From positions 149,925 through 213,924 of the IMG/VR virus record IMGVR_UViG_3300042519_004024: DNA of 64,000 nt; one strand, given 5' to 3'. The translations under genes were made by a program, and so were the position numbers. The notes below the pieces were generated by a model. It had not been told where the DNA came from and ran no database searches. It was given only the letters and a program-made list of their open reading frames with translations. This document shows, in pieces, positions 19,401 through 27,459 of the stretch. Position 1 is the first letter of the stretch. Every line of letters begins with the position of its first letter.

Positions 19401-22400
19401 ATCTTCAGGATATATTATTTCTTCCATTACTTGGAACACGTCGTTTGGTGTAAACATTGGGTATTTTTTTACCAAATCATATAAATCGTACTTGGTACAT
19501 CCAGCAAAAAACGAATCTAAAACTTTAGTTATTTGTGAGTCGGGTGTTGCGTTTTCTAACTCCCTATCTAAAATAACGTTCATTATTGACGGGTGATCAA
19601 CAACTATTTTAAAACTTACGTTACCTTTTCTACTTGTATTGTTATATGTATAAATTGGTTCAGGTCTACCTAAAAATGTATTATCTGTCCAATTGGTGTT
19701 AATGGATTCGTCAAAAGTTAAATCATATGGTGGAAACCACATTATTCTACCTCCATTAGGTCCTCTTTCACAATCAGGCAAATCTTCATAAGTATAACCA
19801 GGCCTATTAGATGTTCTCCATGATAAATTCTCTAAAGAGAACATATACTTTTTTACTTTTCCGTTTTGGATATTTGTTGATCCAGGATTTTGCCAAGGAG
19901 CAATATTCAAATTGTATGTGTTATCTAAAATTGAATTTGTGTATTTTCTAATATTACCGTCGGTTTTTTGTAATTCATCAAATGAATAATATGGTCTATC
20001 TTTTGTGAAAACCCTACAGTACTCATATCCTGTTGGTGTTGCGGTTCTTTCTCCTTCAGGTAAAGATGTTTTTGTTGTATATCTAACAACTCTTGAACCT
20101 TTTGTTAATTCAATATATCCGTCATTAAAAACTTTAGACACTTGATTAATGGCGTTACCAACATGTTGTAATTTATTATTAGAACGGTTACCGGCATCAA
20201 TTAATTTTTGAGTTACGTCTAAAATTGAATTTTCAGTAAATTCATAATTAGTCGACTTTGTTGGGTCATATGTAGAACTAAGATTTGAAAAATTAAATTC
20301 ACTGTTGTCTTGAAATATCGATGCTCCTGGACCAGCAAAATCCCCCGGTATCATCCAATTTTGTCCACCTTTACCTGCCTTAGATAACCATGTGAATCCC
20401 GCTTGTACACCATTTAAACCATCAAAATATGATCTACTATTTAGCCCTGTGTATAAATTACTAATTTTAGTTCCTTCATATTCTTCACCAATTTTACCAT
20501 AAGAAAAAACGGGACTTCTATCTGTTGCAACGCCTTTTATTTTACTTTCAGGTAATTCACCATCAGGTGAGACTATTTCTGTGATTGATGATTTTCTATT
20601 TCCAATATAATATTTACCTTGTGGTGCTAATAAATTATTACCTATCTTATAATCAGGCCTAAAGTTATTAAGCCTTAACTGATCATATAATAAATCTCTT
20701 GTTGCTATAGATGTGTACTCAACAAATAATTCAGATGCAGTTTGGTTTTTAGGTTGTAACATTCTAAATACCCCTCCAATAGCACCACCAATAGCAGACA
20801 ATGGATTATTAAATATTGCGGAACCTTTTTTATCGGGATAATCAAAATACTCACCAGGAATATATGAATATGGTGAGTATGTTCCTGCAAGTTTAGCGGC
20901 AAAATTAATTGCCTGCCCTAAAAATAAATCAGGATTTGTAATTGAATAATTTCTAGCAATGATTGGTACTTGTCCTGATAATAATCCTATCGCATTAAAT
21001 GGGTCTAAATTTGGTTCTGCAGATATTTCTCCCGTATCAGGATTAACATTAGAATTTAAAATATTAACTCTACCTAATGTTTGTTGTAGTAATTCTAAAG
21101 CAACTCTATGTTTAAATTCTTTTTGTAATTGTTTTGCTGCTAAATTAGCAAGAGAAGAATCTTGAGATAAAGTACCGTCTGAACCTGATGGGTCATTACT
21201 TAATAATATACTAACAGGACTATATGATGATGGTAAAAATATAAATGTATTGTCAGAATTAGCGTAAGGTAACCCTGTATTTGGTATTTCTAAATCGTCA
21301 ATAGTTACAAGTTCAGGGTCACCATAAGTACCACTTCCTGTAACGTACTTATTTATTACATAAGCATCGTTTTCTTTTATTTCACTAATATTTTCTAAAG
21401 GACTATTAATACTATCAGGGTACCCATACTCACCTTCATTAGAATTTGTTTGTAAATTTTGGTTAATGTTTACCGACCCGTTTACTATGTTTTGAGGACC
21501 ATATTGATTAATAGCAATTAATAATGGTCTGTCATTAACACCTTCAGTATATAAATCACTATTAACTGTGTCAGCATATGTATATTCACCTTCGTTTGAA
21601 CCTATAGTTAAAATATTATTTATATCGTATCTCGGTTCACCGTATTGTACACTATTTTCAGGTGTATATTTATTTTTTGTTATTAGTTGTATTTCTTGGG
21701 AATTACCTATTTGGTATAGGAAACTATTCAAGGTGTCTCCAATATCATATAACCCACTACCATTTGTTTGTAGTGTTTGATCGTTGTTAATATACCAAAC
21801 AGTGTTACCATAATCTAAAGGTGATCCAGGTTTGTATACGTTTCTTACTTTGTGTACAATTTCTTGATTATTACCTATTTGGAATAAATTACTATTAAGT
21901 GTATCTCCAATATCATAAATCCCACTACCGTTAGTTTGTATTGTTTGATCATTGTTAATATACCAAACAGTGTTACCATAATCTTGTGGGGATGCTGGTT
22001 TATAAATGTTTCTTACTTTATGTACAATTTCTTGACTATTACCTATTTGAAATAAAAAGCTGTTAAGGGTATCATCTATACCATAGATTCCTCCCCCCAT
22101 ACTTTGTATGTTTTGATCATTATTAATATACCAAACAGTGTTACCGTAATCTTCAGGTGTCGTTGGTTTGTATAAATTTCTTACTTTATGGTAAACTTCT
22201 TGTGTATTTCCAATCTGATATAAGTAACTATTTAAAGTGTCGGTAATGGTATATTCACCATCACCCATAGTTAAAATATTTTGATCGTTATTAATATACC
22301 AAACAGTACTACCAAAATCGCCTAACCCAAAAGGTTTATAAACGTTTCTTACTTTATGTATGACTTCTTGATCATCACCTATCGTTTCTAATTTACTACC

Positions 22401-22880
22401 AATAGTTAATGGGTAACCATAATTACCTAAATTAGCATTACTAAGTAATGTATTATTAATTGTAACCGTTTCACCATAGTTTGTTCCTAAACCAATAGGT
22501 CCATAAAGATTTTTTACATAAAGAAGAGTTTCTTGATTATCACCAATTCTTTCTAAATCACTACCTAAACTGTCAGGATATCCATATTCACCTTCATTAG
22601 TTTTTGTTCCTAAATCTAAATTAATTAATACCATGTCACCATAGTATGTTTTATTTTCGGGTGTATATTGGTTTTTTGTGTATAATGTTTTTTCTTGAAT
22701 GTCACCAACAACTTCTATTTTTGGTGAATCTATTATTGCGTAGTCCAATATTAAGAAGTCATTAACCCCAGGTACATCTCCTGTTGAAAATGCATTTTCT
22801 ACTTTATATGGTGGTAAATTTCTTAAAAGTAGTTTCTTTCTGAAATTTTCACTTGAATTGAATGATAAAGGACTCTCCAT
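16491..22880 (-). CDS. Giant baseplate/tube-initiator-like protein (gp48/gp54/gpU-type) with 56-aa repeats and OmpA-like insertion
   Basis: FPPYDLTFDES..NW....FLGRPEPIYTY.NTSRKGNVSF and FGAPPVCVLRIGDFFHTKIVIDSLSIKYE..PMIADVSISF; lies between tape measure and LysM gene. Confidence 0.65.
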   Translation of the reverse strand: MESPLSFNSSENFRKKLLLRNLPPYKVENAFSTGDVPGVNDFLILDYAIIDSPKIEVVGDIQEKTLYTKNQYTPENKTYYGDMVLINLDLGTKTNEGEYGYPDSLGSDLERIGDNQETLLYVKNLYGPIGLGTNYGETVTINNTLLSNANLGNYGYPLTIGSKLETIGDDQEVIHKVRNVYKPFGLGDFGSTVWYINNDQNILTMGDGEYTITDTLNSYLYQIGNTQEVYHKVRNLYKPTTPEDYGNTVWYINNDQNIQSMGGGIYGIDDTLNSFLFQIGNSQEIVHKVRNIYKPASPQDYGNTVWYINNDQTIQTNGSGIYDIGDTLNSNLFQIGNNQEIVHKVRNVYKPGSPLDYGNTVWYINNDQTLQTNGSGLYDIGDTLNSFLYQIGNSQEIQLITKNKYTPENSVQYGEPRYDINNILTIGSNEGEYTYADTVNSDLYTEGVNDRPLLIAINQYGPQNIVNGSVNINQNLQTNSNEGEYGYPDSINSPLENISEIKENDAYVINKYVTGSGTYGDPELVTIDDLEIPNTGLPYANSDNTFIFLPSSYSPVSILLSNDPSGSDGTLSQDSSLANLAAKQLQKEFKHRVALELLQQTLGRVNILNSNVNPDTGEISAEPNLDPFNAIGLLSGQVPIIARNYSITNPDLFLGQAINFAAKLAGTYSPYSYIPGEYFDYPDKKGSAIFNNPLSAIGGAIGGVFRMLQPKNQTASELFVEYTSIATRDLLYDQLRLNNFRPDYKIGNNLLAPQGKYYIGNRKSSITEIVSPDGELPESKIKGVATDRSPVFSYGKIGEEYEGTKISNLYTGLNSRSYFDGLNGVQAGFTWLSKAGKGGQNWMIPGDFAGPGASIFQDNSEFNFSNLSSTYDPTKSTNYEFTENSILDVTQKLIDAGNRSNNKLQHVGNAINQVSKVFNDGYIELTKGSRVVRYTTKTSLPEGERTATPTGYEYCRVFTKDRPYYSFDELQKTDGNIRKYTNSILDNTYNLNIAPWQNPGSTNIQNGKVKKYMFSLENLSWRTSNRPGYTYEDLPDCERGPNGGRIMWFPPYDLTFDESINTNWTDNTFLGRPEPIYTYNNTSRKGNVSFKIVVDHPSIMNVILDRELENATPDSQITKVLDSFFAGCTKYDLYDLVKKYPMFTPNDVFQVMEEIIYPEDVVTVVENLPNEVVDNFIDEDTIPPVTLPPTTSPTPTPTPTGTGGKVFTEPPEVEDYNFKEPLFFFHNDFPDPNTTRIYASKSYEKWLADYLALEEKYLTTGGSDGTRNFGGARDKIIKYGDGTYVDYTNFILSGSDELKEKYLDSYIDTRDESISEFFNYIKSEFEEIKTFLTQVCIAIKQGGKISFTLLSSASAVTDDAYNVTLSKRRIDAALQYILNFEYDGVKLKNEYNKNLLVKQEPKGETTSILDPKYKFINCNKEYKSNSNEGTVSVNAMACRRVRILDVKHEAPPAETIDTPPPSSEESQPLEGRTFTEPEENPGSETTTTANGETIKADPAGYTTIRQKQDPIVKKTTVVRSDLTKRLARKLLTECNYFELVKQSDPMIYDGLKSKLKHFHPVFHSITPEGLNSRLTFLQQCMRPGDTIPTVSKDGENFTLVYNDVTNSVFGAPPVCVLRIGDFFHTKIVIDSLSIKYEDGRFDLNPEGIGVQPMIADVSISFNFIGGHGLAGPVAKLQNALSFNFYANTEMYDERADVTEDVTSQYDAEILADIKNQLGIQDDPNKQRTNDAGDTIGLIKTNSYDLNTQKAYGTISYEEIMKTLADGTKSYADTVISNLQKINDNFLLGGLLMSTKDRKYTEGLFDYLTGNTSNNANIYGKTDTIQDKIKLLVEKAKKDVDDGSCPLLPEVQYQNFTDANIRKIKKRIKDLIEKKGNDMLALLENCNSTIANEELKLIFTIDKLNFVTSKNDGYIAKNGDVVIYSLSGGTGVDPSSVGVTDTYSELVQDFLKVRSDLNEYYDKLYQDKIIASGTTDEYNDQFVFNTYIESDPSLTSPAENRFFMLFGKDIAIDAEGFSNSIVDEALKNEDTQVKENWKFYFGESFYVKDEGLVDSYNKSKKIVDDRFKSFNDNFYKNKYNTYNPYNKSKTRILNYETQSPIIPPNDNNLKELWSDQNSGWNKFNLKKTFN
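21700..22400 (-). repeat. 168-bp (56-aa) coding tandem repeat, 4 well-conserved copies plus degenerate flanking copies
   Basis: TACCAAACAGT recurs at 21793, 21961, 22129, 22297; unit ~QIGNxQEIVHKVRNxYKPxxPxDYGNTVWYINNDQxIQTxGxGxYxIxDTLNSxLx. Confidence 0.92.
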
Positions 22881-22920
22881 TTAGTCTATTTTATTTATAA
22901 ATAGATAAATTTTTATTTTT

Positions 22921-24759
22921 TTATGCGATTACGCCTTGTTGTTTTTTGTAAGAATTAAGATTATATAATACGGTATCCATTATTTGTTTTTTAACTCTTG
23001 AGTCTTCAAACATTTTAGATATGTTATTTGCGGAATCTCCTCCAACAGTACCATTAATATTTATATTAATATCTAATTTTCCTGATCCACCACCAACTTG
23101 ATTTAAATAGTTTGATAAATTTGTTCCTACCGCAATTTGATCCTCAGGTAATGTTTTATACATTTCACCTCTACCTTTAATAATTGCAGCACCTGAAGAA
23201 GGGAAAAAACCATCTCCAACTTTTTTTCCTTCTTCCAATTCTTTTTTCTTCTTTTTTAACTCTTCTTTTCTATTTTCCATGTCCATTTCATCAGTAGCAC
23301 TAATAACTTCCGCAATTTTAGAAGCACCTGTTGCCGCCGCTTGATTAAGCCCTCCAAGTCCTTCTGCGGTTACTGGTGCCGCTTTGTCGGCTGCGGTTTT
23401 GAATGAATTGCCTAAACTCTCATTACTTGTTTTTATATCTTCAAGAAATTTATCTCTATCGGGTATATTTCTTATAACTGCCTCTTTAATAATATTAACA
23501 TCTTTTGCTTGATTTTCAGTTATAGTCATTTGTGCAGTAGCTAAATCTTTCTCTGACATCGCTGCTTTGTCTTGATAATCTTTTAATGCTTTTTGTGTGT
23601 CCGCATTTTGAAGTTGTGCCTTTAATTGTTCGGCACTATCCGCTTCTATTTTTTTAAACCCTGGAATATCAATAGATACCTTTCCGTCTTTACCAATTTC
23701 TGCTAACCCAGCAACTAATGATTGTGTGTCTTCAGACATTGATCCTAAATCAAATTTATCTTTTAAATAATCCATTTTTGATGCTTCTTTTCCTGCTTCA
23801 AGTAATTCATCAAAATTTTGTCCTGTTATTTGTGCTTGTTGTCTAAGTCTATATAAATCTTCTGTTGATGCCTCAAATCCTCCGGTAGCCTTATTAAAAG
23901 TAAATGCTGCTTTTGTTGAGTTTACAAGTTCTTTTTGAAGTCCTTCCATGTCACTCTGTGCCATGTGCATTAGTTGGAACGGGTCTGCTAATTTTCCAAC
24001 CGCACCTCCTAACATTTGCATATTTGCTGCAGCTTCAATTGCCTTTTCGGGATCCAATAAATTATTCGCAAACTGTTTAGCACCTATTTTATCTACGGTA
24101 GTTCTTAATAACATAGCTTGTTTAACCATATTTTTCATACCGTCAATACCGGTTTTAAACCCAAAACCACTAACTGACTTTACGTTTGATCCAATCTCTT
24201 TAAGATAACTTTTAGCACTTAATCCTGCCTGTCTAGCCTCAACCGATAATTCATGTATTTTTTTTGTTGCTTCTTCTTGAGTCCCCCCAAATCTAGTCAT
24301 TTCTGTAATTAAAGTTGAGATTTCTTTTGTAGATGCTCCTGTTCCTTTTGACAACTCTACGATATTTTCTAAAACTTGTGTGCTTGGGTTAACAATTCTA
24401 CCCATACCTTCAGCTAGTCCAGCAACAGCATCAGTTACGTCTTTAAATGATGAACCAAGTTCTAATGTTGCCTCATATGCGGTGTACATTCTTTCTCTAA
24501 AATTATTGGTTCCCATTGCAACTCCACCCATAGATCTTTGTAAAGACAATGCTTGATCATTCAAAGAAATCATTTCTTTGTTTGCATTCTCCAAAATGAT
24601 TTTCCAATTGGTACTTACTACAAAATTTGTTAGGGCAGACTTTAAATCTTCTATTTGATCAATTGTTCCTTGAACACTACTACCATATGCACTTGTAGAA
24701 CCTCCTGCGGTAGAATTTGTACTTGCATTTGGATCTGTTGTTACACCTTCTAAAAACAT
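22921..24759 (-). CDS. Tail tape measure protein
   Basis: Ala/Gly/Lys-rich helical 612-aa ORF downstream of tube and chaperone; C-terminal DGFF..MYKTLPEDQIAVGTNL; size close to T4 gp29. Confidence 0.75.
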   Translation of the reverse strand: MFLEGVTTDPNASTNSTAGGSTSAYGSSVQGTIDQIEDLKSALTNFVVSTNWKIILENANKEMISLNDQALSLQRSMGGVAMGTNNFRERMYTAYEATLELGSSFKDVTDAVAGLAEGMGRIVNPSTQVLENIVELSKGTGASTKEISTLITEMTRFGGTQEEATKKIHELSVEARQAGLSAKSYLKEIGSNVKSVSGFGFKTGIDGMKNMVKQAMLLRTTVDKIGAKQFANNLLDPEKAIEAAANMQMLGGAVGKLADPFQLMHMAQSDMEGLQKELVNSTKAAFTFNKATGGFEASTEDLYRLRQQAQITGQNFDELLEAGKEASKMDYLKDKFDLGSMSEDTQSLVAGLAEIGKDGKVSIDIPGFKKIEADSAEQLKAQLQNADTQKALKDYQDKAAMSEKDLATAQMTITENQAKDVNIIKEAVIRNIPDRDKFLEDIKTSNESLGNSFKTAADKAAPVTAEGLGGLNQAAATGASKIAEVISATDEMDMENRKEELKKKKKELEEGKKVGDGFFPSSGAAIIKGRGEMYKTLPEDQIAVGTNLSNYLNQVGGGSGKLDINININGTVGGDSANNISKMFEDSRVKKQIMDTVLYNLNSYKKQQGVIA

Positions 24760-24795
24760 ATTTTTTATTTTCTATATAAATAGACAGTTATAATG

Positions 24796-24951
24796 TTATT
24801 TATTATAGCTTTCAATCAATTTATCTATGAAGTACCTTCTTTCAAATGTTGGCATTGTCATAATATCACTATACGTAAAATGACACTTACTTACTAAATA
24901 AAAAATTTCATCTAGTAATGACTGTTTATATTGAGAAGAAAGGACGAAAAA
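24796..24951 (-). CDS. C-terminal extension of tail assembly chaperone (gp51/gpT-like), probably reached by frameshift
   Basis: QYKQSLLDEIFYLVSKCHFTYSDIMTMPTFERRYFIDKL; no convincing own start; overlaps chaperone end in +1 frame. Confidence 0.7.
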   Translation of the reverse strand, partial: FFVLSSQYKQSLLDEIFYLVSKCHFTYSDIMTMPTFERRYFIDKLIESYNK

Positions 24952-25684
24952 ACTCAACCCCAAAAGCGATGTCAACATCAACTCTTTCTCCAGACGGGGC
25001 TATAATACTTCTTTTAAGATTTATTGATGGTTCAGCTTCGTTTAAAAATTTTCTTAGATTTTTAGAGTCTGATATTGGCATTTGATTAACAAATGATGCT
25101 ATTTTCATTCTATCGGTATCACCATTTAATTCAACAATATGTTTTTCTAATCTTTTAGTCACTATTGGTGCAACCATACCTTGTGGATACGAATCTTTTA
25201 ATTTATCAATTTCATTAGTATCACCTAAAGTTAAAAGTTTACATTTAACTGTTGTTTTAGAAACCGGCAATACAAACTCAAATAATCCATTATCGTTAGG
25301 TTTATGGATTACTTCAGTAAAATTTATTTCATCTAATTTTAGATTATATTCAAATTTTCTATTTGTTTGTGGGTCTATTGCAGATATTAAATAATCTGAA
25401 CCAAAAGAAGTGTTTCTTAAAAACAATAATATTGCTTTAGCATCCGCATCTATTAATTGGTTCACGTCGAACCCCGGTTCATAGATTTTGTTTTTTAATA
25501 AAGTAGTGATTAATCCATCAATTGGTATATTTTGTGACATTAAAAGATTCTCGTCTGATGCGGTTAAATAACCAACTTTTACTGACTCTTTTCTTGGTTT
25601 ATAAAATATTCCTTTTGAAGGTAACTTGACTACGTCGTGTGGTAAGTTAAAATCTTGTTGTCCATAAATTGCTGATTGATCCAT
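24926..25684 (-). CDS. Tail assembly chaperone / baseplate hub assembly protein (T4 gp26-like)
   Basis: VKLPSKGIFY, YLTASDENLL, D.KAILLFLRNTSFGSDY, ends GVEFFRP; between tube and tape measure. Confidence 0.8.
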   Translation of the reverse strand: MDQSAIYGQQDFNLPHDVVKLPSKGIFYKPRKESVKVGYLTASDENLLMSQNIPIDGLITTLLKNKIYEPGFDVNQLIDADAKAILLFLRNTSFGSDYLISAIDPQTNRKFEYNLKLDEINFTEVIHKPNDNGLFEFVLPVSKTTVKCKLLTLGDTNEIDKLKDSYPQGMVAPIVTKRLEKHIVELNGDTDRMKIASFVNQMPISDSKNLRKFLNEAEPSINLKRSIIAPSGERVDVDIAFGVEFFRPFFSI

Positions 25685-25729
25685 AATAAATTTTTCTTAA
25701 AAAATAAAGGATAAATATTGTATGTAAAC

Positions 25730-25758
25730 AAAAAAACCCCACTTTGTTAGTGAGGTTC
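25730..25758 (-). terminator. Intrinsic terminator after tail tube
   Basis: Minus strand AACCTCACT-AACAA-AGTGGGGTT followed by T-run. Confidence 0.75.
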
Positions 25759-25781
25759 TTAAAATTATTTTTATATTTGTA

Positions 25782-26270
25782 TTAGTAAACTAAAATACAT
25801 CTATCAGGTCTAAGAGATGCTTTAACCGTGATTAATCCATCTTCACTATATCCTAATGAATCAAAGTCAACACTAGTTAAAAATACACCTTGTAGAATCC
25901 ATTTTTCAACCGCAACTCCTGTTGGGTCTAACATTTCTAAGTCAATATCTTTTTTATAACCAGCAGCATAACCCATACGTCCTGTTACTGATTCAGCATG
26001 TAAACGAACCCACTCCATAAGTGCTTGTGAAGCTGAAGGACCGATTGGATCACGAAAAGTAACATCCATAGCCTCCCAATTGAATCGTCCTGCAACATAT
26101 GTAGAAGTGTTTAAGAATGGAATCTCAACATCTTTAATTGTAACTTTAGGTCTTGTGGTTGACTCAACATACCACGAGTTAATCCCCAAAGAAGATGGGA
26201 ATGTCAATATAAACCTATTTTTTCTTTTAGGTTCGTACTGAAAGGGCATTTTCATTAATAAATCAGCCAT
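25782..26270 (-). CDS. Tail tube protein (gp19-like)
   Basis: EPKRKNRF, YVAGRFNW, GYKKDIDLEMLDPTG..VEKWILQG. Confidence 0.9.
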   Translation of the reverse strand: MADLLMKMPFQYEPKRKNRFILTFPSSLGINSWYVESTTRPKVTIKDVEIPFLNTSTYVAGRFNWEAMDVTFRDPIGPSASQALMEWVRLHAESVTGRMGYAAGYKKDIDLEMLDPTGVAVEKWILQGVFLTSVDFDSLGYSEDGLITVKASLRPDRCILVY

Positions 26271-26382
26271 GTCTTATTTTTTTAATTTGTTTTATTTATT
26301 TATAAATATCTATTGTTTTATTTTTTTTCTATTTACTTTTTTCTGGTTTAAAATTATCCTTCTACTAGACCGGACTTAATTA

Positions 26383-27258
26383 TTAAACTTCTTTTTTTTC
26401 TCCTCCTTTAGTTAAATATAATCTTATAGGTTTTTTTTCATATTCTTTTTCTACAAAATCTTTAATCTTTTCCATATTTCTAGGGTCATCATCTGAAAAA
26501 CCAATAATTGGGATTATTTCTTGGTTGATAACATCATTTTTAAAATAACTCTTCTTTCCAATTTCATTAGCCAACTCTATACAATATGAAACAAATTTTC
26601 TAATTGCAATTATTTTACCTTCTTCGGGACTCGCAGCACTACCCTTACCAAAAGTAACAGGTTCAAAACGACATAAATCAAGATACTCCATTATTATGTC
26701 TTTATCATTAAAATTTAAATTAACCGATTCATCAATTGGGTTATCTGCCCAATTTCTATATGTCTTTAAAGAATTAACGACTTCTTTACTATTAATACCA
26801 TTATGATTGGATAGTATATAATTAAGGACAGCTTCTTTTAATGTTTCAGGATTATGTCCCCTTGCTGTGATAATTGCAAATACAGAACCACCATTTATAC
26901 ACTCAACAAAATCATTCCAAGAAGGTCCTGGACTTGCCGACATTGCATCAATAATAAATCTCTTATCCCCTTTAATACCAAAATTTCTAAAAGGATCAGT
27001 TGCATAACCAACAACAGTTGTACCTTTATATGAAAAAGGTTCCTCACCTATTTGGTGTCTATGTTCCGCAAAATCTTCGGTAGACATAGGGATTTCTTCT
27101 TCATTTTCTGTCATTAAAATGATTGTAGTTGGCATAAAAACGATGTTGTCGTCCCAGTCAAAACCATAATATTTAGAATCGGGAGTACCTTCGGCGGTTA
27201 TCCCCTCATTAATATTTCTACGGTTAACATAGTTTAATACATGTTTTTTAATATCCAT
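26383..27258 (-). CDS. HAD-superfamily phosphatase with N-terminal leader
   Basis: Motifs I FDWDDNI, II IITARGH, III K (EEGK), IV FSDDD. Confidence 0.7.
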   Translation of the reverse strand: MDIKKHVLNYVNRRNINEGITAEGTPDSKYYGFDWDDNIVFMPTTIILMTENEEEIPMSTEDFAEHRHQIGEEPFSYKGTTVVGYATDPFRNFGIKGDKRFIIDAMSASPGPSWNDFVECINGGSVFAIITARGHNPETLKEAVLNYILSNHNGINSKEVVNSLKTYRNWADNPIDESVNLNFNDKDIIMEYLDLCRFEPVTFGKGSAASPEEGKIIAIRKFVSYCIELANEIGKKSYFKNDVINQEIIPIIGFSDDDPRNMEKIKDFVEKEYEKKPIRLYLTKGGEKKEV

Positions 27259-27395
27259 TATTTTTGAAGTTTTGACAAAAGTTTTTCAAGTTGTTTTTCG
27301 GTGATTATTATATTTTGTTTTTTAACCGAAAATGTTTTAGGACTTTTTTGATTGTCTCCAATAGATTCTTTAATAAGTTTTTTCTCTATTTTCAT
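27258..27395 (-). CDS. Unannotated 45-aa basic protein
   Basis: MKIEKKLIKESIGDNQKSPKTFSVKKQNIIITEKQLEKLLSKLQK*; TAATG overlap with HAD gene; TATTTATA at 27409-27416. Confidence 0.75.
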   Translation of the reverse strand: MKIEKKLIKESIGDNQKSPKTFSVKKQNIIITEKQLEKLLSKLQK

Positions 27396-27420
27396 AATTA
27401 TTTTATTTTATAAATATTAA

Positions 27421-27444
27421 GTGGGGAATATTTCTACTCCCCAC
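27421..27444 (-). terminator. Stem-loop after tail sheath
   Basis: GTGGGGAGTA-GAAA-TATTCCCCAC, 10-bp stem, weak U-tract. Confidence 0.65.
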
Positions 27445-27459
27445 ATTTTTATTTTTTAA

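Noticed and set aside
21700-22400. 168-bp repeats as CRISPR array or DGR template/variable repeats
   Set aside because: In-frame coding repeats with largely codon-level divergence, no unique spacers, no adenine-specific pattern noticed and no reverse transcriptase in the window
24952-24981. Independent start MMLTSLLG for the 61-aa ORF
   Set aside because: Embedded in chaperone coding sequence with no initiation context; frameshift entry is more parsimonious, though not proven
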